Positions 55,566-64,000 of a DNA stretch of 64,000 bases are shown here, in pieces. Made by a program: the position numbers and the translations under genes. How positions within the stretch are numbered: the first letter of the stretch is position 1; every line of letters starts with the position of its first letter. This DNA comes from Blastocladiella emersonii ATCC 22665 (lineage: Eukaryota > Fungi > Blastocladiomycota): NCBI GenBank assembly GCA_025594325.1, contig JANHCV010000012.1, positions 310,001 to 374,000 of the forward strand, read 5' to 3'. The notes below the pieces were generated by a model that worked only from the letters and a program-made list of their open reading frames with translations, searched no databases and had not been told where the DNA came from.

Positions 55566-56959
55566 TTACGCGCGGGTGGCGGCGTCGAACGGGGAGAGCG
55601 AGGACCGGCCGCAGGAGCGCGCGCAAACTTGACCTCGCGCCATTTGCCGCTGCCGGCCCAGAGCCGGCCGCACTCTATTGATGCTCACTCCCCATGAATC
55701 AAAAATTGATGAACCTTGCTGCAACGGATCACCTTGCACTTGCTATTTATCGTGGCGGCGTCGGAGCGGCAGTGAGCCTGGCTGCATTCTTGAACTGCCC
55801 TCCTGATCATGCCTCGTTGCGGTCTGGCTGAAGCTGGCACGCCCAGTCACCACCTGGTCCGCGTTGTAAGTGCTGTATTTTTTGTCTTGAGGCATGGACC
55901 GAATCCGATCTCCAAAGGCTGTGCGAGGTCGAGCCGAAATCGCATCGCATACCGTAGTAGCGGCGTCTGTCTCTTGTCCTCTTCCCAACGTCTTTCAGAA
56001 ACCAAATGTATACCCTACTCAACGAAATCACTGCCGCGACACGACAGCTTCTACGCGAAATCGGTTCAGTCCAAAGTCGCCGACTTCATTGCGCTCCGGT
56101 TCTGCTTCAACAGGGATCTCAGGTACCACGCCGTCAGTGGACCCAAACCCGCGTTGGGGTGCTCGCCCTATGGACGGCAAGCAACGCAGGCTGCTGTCAG
56201 TGAACAGCTGCCGGACCTCAATGATCACTGAAACGGGCAGCCAGAGCGCGAATTGCGTCAAAAACTCGCGTTCCTCAAACTTGGGGTTGTCAATGCGCGG
56301 CGAAATGGTGAGGGAAGGGCAACCGCCAGTGCACACAAATGTGAAGCTGGGAGCTCCATCAGGTCACCTGTATCAAGCGCCTTGAGGTATGGAGGCAGCC
56401 AATTGTTACCTTGAGCCCCGTCCATGACCAAAAGGTATCAAAAGCCAAGCTCTGTGACAGTAGCGGGGAGGTTTAGCGCACAGAATTGGTCGAAGGTAAC
56501 CTTGTTGCTAAAAATGACCTTGCGCACGCTCTGCACTGGCGAAGCGAATGCGCGTGAAAGCAGCTCGATACGCCAAGCGTCAAGTCCGTCACAAAAACAA
56601 ACCTCCCGTACCGCGCCGGTTTGAATGAGATGAGCTGTCGTTGCAGCCGCCTCATTGTTGAGCGTGGGCCGGAAGTCCTCAAAGCGCTAAGGTCCTAATC
56701 AGGTTAGTTATCCCGGCCTAGAGCCATAGAGTAGGTAGGGGGGAAGTTATGGAAGCGAGCGTACTCTGCCCTCTTTGCGCGTGGGATACCATGCCATGTC
56801 CTGTCCCGTGGCCAACTTTTTGGATGACAAGATTTGGGCGAGTCCCCGCCACGGGCGGACTTCTTCACTCTGGACGCACGCGAGTGGCACGCGCGCCTGG
56901 TGCAGCCACCGAAATCCAGCCAGCTGGTCGCATGCAACCGCTGCGCGAATGGCGGATTG

Positions 56960-57130
56960 CAAGATTTCGTCAAGCTTACCCAATCGTTCCAGTGCTCAGC
57001 GACGCAGCTGTATCCGCTCGGCATGTGCTGCAGCCAGTACGGGTGTGGGTTCTTGATCGCGTACTGCGGCGCTGGTTGTGTCGGGCAGTGCGACAAGAAG
57101 ACCGTCGCGGGGCTCCCAAAGTGCACTTAG
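56960..57130 (+). pseudogene. Hevein-type (CBM18) chitin-binding domain remnant
   Basis: QCSATQLYPLGMCCSQYGCG...YCGAGCVGQCD cysteine pattern, partly degenerate. Confidence 0.5.
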
Positions 57131-58059
57131 ACTGCAGACGGGCGGTTGCCGCCCCGTAGTTCATTTGGAGATTGCACAGACAATGCATGGAGTTTCATTC
57201 AATCGTCGCTTCTTGAGAAGGTAGGGAGAGATCTGGGCCAAGGAGTGCGAGGCCTTGCGCCGACCCACCAGACCGACCGCAGGCCGCGATCACGCGCTTT
57301 CCACGCCGAGGTGAACGGCGCGTCCGGCCACGCCACGGGCAGGATCCAGCGGCCGTGAGCCGATCTCTCGAGCACGCAGCTTTCGGGGCGCTCGGGCATG
57401 GCGCGCAGGTGTCATGGCGCGCAGGTGTCGGGTGCCAGTGTTGGGCGCCGTTCGGTTCTCGCCGTGCGTCATCAACCAGTCTGAGGGGCGGGATCTCGCA
57501 CGGTGGCTCAAACCCAGCCACCCGACCGCCTTCTTGCTCGCGCCGCGCTGTAAGTTCTTTGCGAAACTGCTCGGAGCGCGGATCATGCGTGTGCGGAAAC
57601 ACGCTTGTGTCGCCCTAGCGCAAGCTGTGAACCTCCAGACCAGCGCGACCCGCTTCGGATCGACGGTTCCCTGGGACTACAGGTACTCGGAACGCACGCT
57701 TCCACGAGCCAGCCCGGGCTATTCCGGTGCCACGTCAGGAACGGACGGTGCGCGCGCTGATCGCACCGCGCGTGTTCCCAGGCGAACCGGGTTTGAAGTC
57801 CCCTGCCGAATTCAGCAAGAGCTTGCGATGGGAACACGGAAACTCGGACATGGTGCGTTTGCGCTCTTTGGAACTCTGCATGAACAAGGAACTCGCCCGC
57901 GTTCGGCTCGATCCGGCGCGCTCGCGGCGAGCTGGAGCGCGGCTCGACGGCGGCCCTCCCCGCTCGCCCTTCTTCACTCTCTCCCTCTTTTGCGCGCGGC
58001 TCACTGTCGGACACGAACACGGGAGCACTTCCCACCAGCACGATACGCGCTCTCCTTCT

Positions 58060-58430
58060 CGCCACGCTCGCCGTGATCGCCGTCCTTGGCCTCGTGGCGC
58101 GCGGCGCGCTCGCGCAGGCTGTAGTTGTCGTGGACGACTTCACCAGCCCAGACGACGAGGTGAACGGCCTCGGGTACTTTCGTGGTGGCAACCTCGTCAA
58201 CCTCGATAGCACCGGCGCCTACTTCGAGGTACCACGTTCCCTGGCCCGTCCGCTGCGCCCGCTGCCACTCACTCGCCCGGCCCGCTACATAAAACCCCGA
58301 CATTGGCGTCCCGCTGTGGACCGAAACCTTCGCGTCTGAGACCGAGTGTACGGCAGTCACTTTGGTGCAGTTCGACTACGAGGCGCCGGCGGCCGAGCCT
58401 CAATTTCCGTCGGATTCCTGATGCCTGACG
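58060..58430 (+). pseudogene. Fragment of a secreted protein gene
   Basis: Signal-peptide-like LAVIAVLGLVARGALAQ then VVVDDF...NGLGYFRGG; frame lost after a probable intron. Confidence 0.3.
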
Positions 58431-59542
58431 CGGCGTGCACGGGCGGCGCGGGTCGCTCACTGGAGCACGAAACGAGCCGCATACTCGATCAAGATCGACC
58501 TCGCGCGGGTCCGTGTGATGGACCTTGACGCGCACGTCGACCGGCTCTCATTGGACTTTGAAGCGCTTCTCGCGCTTGAACCGTCTTTGAAGCCCTCGGA
58601 GGCGGTTTCGCGGATGCTCGAGCTCGCTTACGAGGCCGCCAGTTTGGACAGAGCCAGGATTGATCGGCTACATCTTCTTATTGGTCAAATCCTCTGTTCA
58701 TAGAAGAGTCTACGCCACTCAAGCACGGCTGATACATGATATGAATGCAAGTTGTGCTCTCAACGGTCGGTGTTGTCAGGCAATGGTTCGTCCCATCGGC
58801 GGACAGCAGCTTTGGCACCCTGGGACGCGGGGCCGCTCGGCGCTCGCGCAAGTCCTAGTCACTCCTCAGCGGGCTGCTCTATCGCGCCGCCGTGCCGCAG
58901 TTCAACAACACGTTCTCAACCAGCACGCACAGCGTCGCACACGACTCATCCGTCCCTCGCCGAACCGAGGCATCATGCAGTCCACGCCGCCTGTCAAACG
59001 CCGAACTCTTGGCGGGCCAACCCGTCCCCGCTTCGCCGTCCCCGGCCTCGTTCCCTCACAAATTAGTATCCCACGGAGGAGGTCGGCCCAGTCGCAATGC
59101 ATAGAGTCTCATTGGCTTAACATGTGTTTGAAACTAGGGACGCCCGGAGAGGGAACTCCGTTTGAGTCGACCGCGCAGGTTCGGCCCGCGGTGGCCGCGG
59201 CGACCACGGGCCACGGTCACGCGGGCTTCACGCTACGTGAACCGCACGTCCGCTCCGGATTTCTCCGAGCAAGGCAGCTGCTGGAGCCTCGACCGATCTC
59301 CGCGTCGCCCGGGTCTCCCTTTGAACCGTTGTCTCGACGCGCCCTTTGATGCACCGACGCGTCAAAGGCGCGCGCGGCGCGGGGCCGTCTCCCGCGCAGG
59401 GGCTGGCAAAGAATCGATGGCTACTTCGACATCACGGTCATGATCGCTACCCTGATTCGAGAATATAAGCGCGCCGCTCGCTCGCAATCCATGCCTTCTC
59501 CTCACGGCCTTCTCGCACACGACCCGTCACACTCGCGCCACC

Positions 59543-60762
59543 ATGACCCCGCAGCCCGCCATCACGACCGCGTCGACGGACGCGCTGACCGAGTCCGTGG
59601 CCAAGACGTCGCTCTCATCCACCGCGGCCACCGACGCGACCCCCACCACTAGCGGCCCGCGCCAGATCACGGGCTACGCGGCGCTGTCGGCGGGCGGCGC
59701 GCTTAAGCCGTGGACGTACGACGCGCCAGCGCTCGGCCCGAACGACGTCGAGGTGAGCATCACGCACTGCGGCGTGTGCCACACGGACCTCGCGGTGCTC
59801 GACCAGACGTTTGGCCCGACGCGGTTCCCGAGTATTGTTGGGCACGAGATCGTGGGTGCGTTGACTGTCGCTCTTTCCTCTCTCGCTTCTGCTCAACGAC
59901 TAATCTCCCACTTCGATCTGCAGGCACCATCTCGGCCATCGGCTCCGCGGTCCCCTCGACGTACCTGCACACGCGCGTCGGCATCGGCGCACAGTGCGGC
60001 TCGTGCCGGACCTGCTCGTCGTGCCTGCACGGCCTGGACAACACGTGCGCCCATGGCCCGGTGCTGACGTACAACGCGGCGCTCGCCGACGGCCGCGCGA
60101 CGCACGGCGGTTTCGCGGCCGCGGTCCGCGTGCCGCTCGAGTACACGTTCCCGCTCCCCGCCTCCCTCCCCTCGACCGCCGCCGCCCCGCTCATGTGCGC
60201 CGGCGTCACGGTCTACGCGCCGCTGAAGCGGTACCTGTCACCGGGCGCGCGGGTCGGGGTCGTCGGGATCGGCGGGCTGGGCCATCTCGCGATCCAGTTC
60301 GCGCGGGCGCTCGGCGCGGGCGAGGTGGTGGCGATCTCGACGAGTCGCGGGAAGGAGGCGGATTCCGCCAAACTCGGCGCGAGCAAGTTCGTCGTGCTCG
60401 ACTCGCCCGCGGCGTTCGCGGCCAACGCCGAGTCGGTCGACCTGCTCCTGCTCACGGCGTGCGGCAAGGGCGGCGAGCCCGTCGACGGGTACCTGTCGCT
60501 GGTCGCGGCGAACGGGCGCATGGTCGTCGTTGGGCTGCCCGAGGCCCCCGTGAGCGTGCACATGGCGAGTCTGGTCGCCCGCCAGCGTAGTATGACGGGC
60601 AGCCTGATCGGGAGCCGCGCGGACGTCCAGGAGATGCTGACGGTGGCCGCGAAGCACGGGATCGCGCCGTGGACCGAGACCAGCAAGATGGCTGACGTGA
60701 ACGCGGCGCTCGCGCGCGTACGCAAGGGCGAGGTGCGGTACCGCATGGTGCTCGAGAACTAG
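59543..60762 (+). CDS. Zinc-dependent alcohol dehydrogenase (CAD/ADH6-like MDR family); intron 59856-59923
   Basis: HCGVCHTD, GHEIVG, CGSCRTCSSC..C, APLMCAGVTVY, GIGGLGH, RYRMVL. Confidence 0.93.
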
Positions 60763-60816
60763 CCGCGATGCGCGAGTGGTGGAAGGTGATGGTGTATTGG
60801 ATGCGGGATGTATAAA

Positions 60817-62485
60817 CTACACACGATACTGCTTGTTCGATACGAGACACACGGCGGGCGCGACCTCGATTAACCCACGCCACTCCCCCCGCATCAAGTT
60901 CCGCGCGGCAGCGAACGGGTTGACCCGCGTGAGCCCGTCAAAGCAAACCCCACTCGCACGCTCGGCCGCAGTGAGCTCCGTGGCCTCGACGAACATGGCG
61001 TCGAACCGCGCCCGCCGCTCGGCGAGCGAGAGCCCCTCGACCTTGCTGTACACGATCCCGCCGTCGGCGCGCTCGAGGAACCGCGCCGCGCCCGTCTGCG
61101 CCGTCAAATTGTCGACGTGCACGGTGGCGTTCCGCGGCACCAGCCGGTCGCACGCGGGTGCGCGCGACTGGAGACACCGCATCGCGTTCCCGCCCGGGTA
61201 GTTGTGCGCGCTGGCGGCGGCCATGGCGAGGGAGACGGCGAGCGATGCGGCCAGGGAGGCAGCGAGGGCGAGCCCGACGACCACGCGGGCGCGTGGGTAG
61301 ACGCGGACGGCAGCCGCGGCGCCCGCGGCGTTGAGCAGCGGGACCGCGTAGAAGACGAACCGGGCCTCCTTGTGCGGGAGAAACGAGTAGGCCGCGACGT
61401 AGAGGGTGGCGAGGGCGAGGCACGCGCGTGTCCACTTCTTCATGCTCCTCCCCGAAACAGCCGCGAGGAAGGTCCAGGGCAGCGCACCCAGCATCAGCGC
61501 GGGGACGTGCCGCGTCGCGTACGCGTGCCACGGCGACGTGCCCCAGCGGTGGCTCTGGTTGTCGAGCGTGTTGAACTTGAGGACCGCGAGCTCGGGCCAC
61601 GTCCAGGCGGCGCGCCAGAAGTACGAGTCGACGGCGAGCGTCGTCGCGACCGTCGCGGTGCCCGCCACGAGGGCCGTCGCCACCAGCCGCCCGACGTGCC
61701 GCCGTCGCCCGAAAACCTCGTACGCGTACAGCGGGCCGGCGAGCAGGACCAGCTCGGAGCGGAACACGAGCCCGGCGAACGCCCAGCACCAGGTGACAGC
61801 GGCGGGCATCGGTGCGGCGGAGGAGCGCAGCTGCAGCCACGGCAGGTACCGCGCGAAGGCGAGATTGGTCAGGACCAGCGCAAACACGTTGGGCAGCGGG
61901 CGCGACGCCCAGAAGGGGCCGTGGAACTGCGTCGCGGTGAAGGCGAGGTACGCGAGCGCGGTGGTGCGGGACCCGTCGGCGCGGGCGAGGGCGCGCGCCA
62001 GGGCGCCGTGCGAGAAGGTCACGGCGAGGCCGAGGGTGATGCGGACTAGAAGGAGGCGGGGTGAGTCGAGGGGCGCGGTGCGAGGGGAGAGTGGAGGGAG
62101 GAGGACGGACCCGCGTGCAGCATGACCCACTTGACATCGTCGACGGGCCACCCGGCGAGCTGCATCGCCCATTTCAGCGGCGAGACGGCGGCGGCGAGGA
62201 GCAGCGGGCCGAGGAAGGTGCGCGGCACGACGCCGGGGAACTCGTGGTGGTCGTACTACGCGCCACCGGTGTGTCAGTCCCATTCGGCTCAGCGTAGCGA
62301 CGAGAACGAACCTTGTCGAGGTCAGCGCCGTGGAAGAGAATGTCGTGAGTGGCCTGCAGGTTGAACGACTCCTCGACCTTGGTGAAGGGCGCGGCGACGG
62401 CGAGCGCGGCGATCAGGGCGCCGAGGAGCGCGGTGGCTGCCGTGACGGTCCACGCCGGACATCTAACTGATACATGGTTGGTCAT
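60817..62485 (-). CDS. ALG12: Dol-P-Man alpha-1,6-mannosyltransferase (GT22), spliced
   Basis: [60 protein letters not shown]. Confidence 0.92.
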
Positions 62486-62743
62486 TGCCGTTGGCGTTGC
62501 AGGTGGTCGCTTCTTCATTTTTCTTTCGGGGCAGAGGAGGAGAGGAGACGCGCCCCGTTTCAAGTGCGTCAGGTGACGGCGGGTGACCGGCGGGGGCGCC
62601 TAGCAACGGCACGTGTGAGCTCCGGGTGCCTCCGGGCACTCGGCGGGATGCCTCAGATGCGGCGCAGGCGGGCAGTTCTGTTCCGCCTCTCTTGACAGAC
62701 AAGGAAGTCTTTTTCTGAACAGACGAGCCTGTCCCTTTTCACC

Positions 62744-63318
<575 letters not shown>

Positions 63319-63735
63319 GGTGTTTTTCTCGACCGATGTGTCCCTGAGCGTGCTCCCAATACACCGAGCCCCGTTTCTGCATATCTGCATCGTCTCTGAG
63401 TGACTCTCTAGCTAGCTCGAGTGGGCTATCGTGAGCTAGTAGTCTTCAGCCGCGTTCTGACTCTGAGCTCGACAATGTTGGTCAAGCACACTTCGGAGTC
63501 TTTGCAGGTCAAGCAATAAGGCTGTATCATGTATGTAGCGAGGCGAGGGAGGGAGGGGTACGAGGGCGACACGAGAGAGCAACGACGACAGCGAGACGAG
63601 CGAGCGGAAGGGGAGGGTAAACGGTTGGAAGAAATCAATCAAGACACACACACACAAACGGCGGGGGCACCCCCCTCTCATCACAGCACCCACCCGACAC
63701 GACGCGGGCAGGGCAAGGGAGAGAGAGGGGTCCAC

Positions 63736-63954
63736 CTACGCAATGGTACACGCGCACGGCCCGCCCATGGGCCCGTAGGGGTCCTCCTTCTTGTCGACGG
63801 TGCCCCAGACCGAGGGCACCAGGTAGTCCTTGGTGGTCTTGACGTACTTGATGAGCGACTGCGACGCGTCCGAGACGGTCAGCCGCGGCATGTCGAGCTG
63901 CTCCTTGAGCCGGTTGTTGAGCTCGAGCAGCTTCTTGAGCTTGAGTTCCGACAT
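63736..63954 (-). CDS. Heterotrimeric G-protein gamma subunit
   Basis: 72 aa; N-terminal coiled coil, [24 protein letters not shown]-terminal CAAX (CTIA). Confidence 0.9.
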   Translation of the reverse strand: MSELKLKKLLELNNRLKEQLDMPRLTVSDASQSLIKYVKTTKDYLVPSVWGTVDKKEDPYGPMGGPCACTIA

Positions 63955-64000
63955 GGCGGTCGCGGTGCGGGGCGAGAAGACGGAGGTGGCGGCGGCGGGG

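Overview
Window from a GC-rich eukaryotic genome with short GT-AG introns; the gene style suggests an early-diverging zoosporic fungus, possibly Blastocladiomycota (inference). The main object is a ~16.6 kb endogenous Polinton-like virus (8833-25428). It has ~0.7-0.8 kb terminal inverted repeats, each ending in a perfect 26-bp palindrome. It encodes a TVpol-SF3 helicase fusion, a tyrosine recombinase, an rve integrase, a fibre protein, an A32-like packaging ATPase and major and minor capsid proteins, and carries a 16 x 92-bp palindromic array. No pPolB, maturation protease or target-site duplication was seen. Three viral genes carry four in-frame stops but no frameshifts, all explainable by single C-to-T changes. 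The rest is host: RNI-like LRR/F-box-like paralogues and pseudogenes, a ~1.9 kb tandem duplication, a decayed CACTA-type transposon, and housekeeping genes (ALKBH1, VMA12, alcohol dehydrogenase, ALG12, ubiquitin-RPS31, G-protein gamma). All family assignments are by visual motif recognition; no database search was run.
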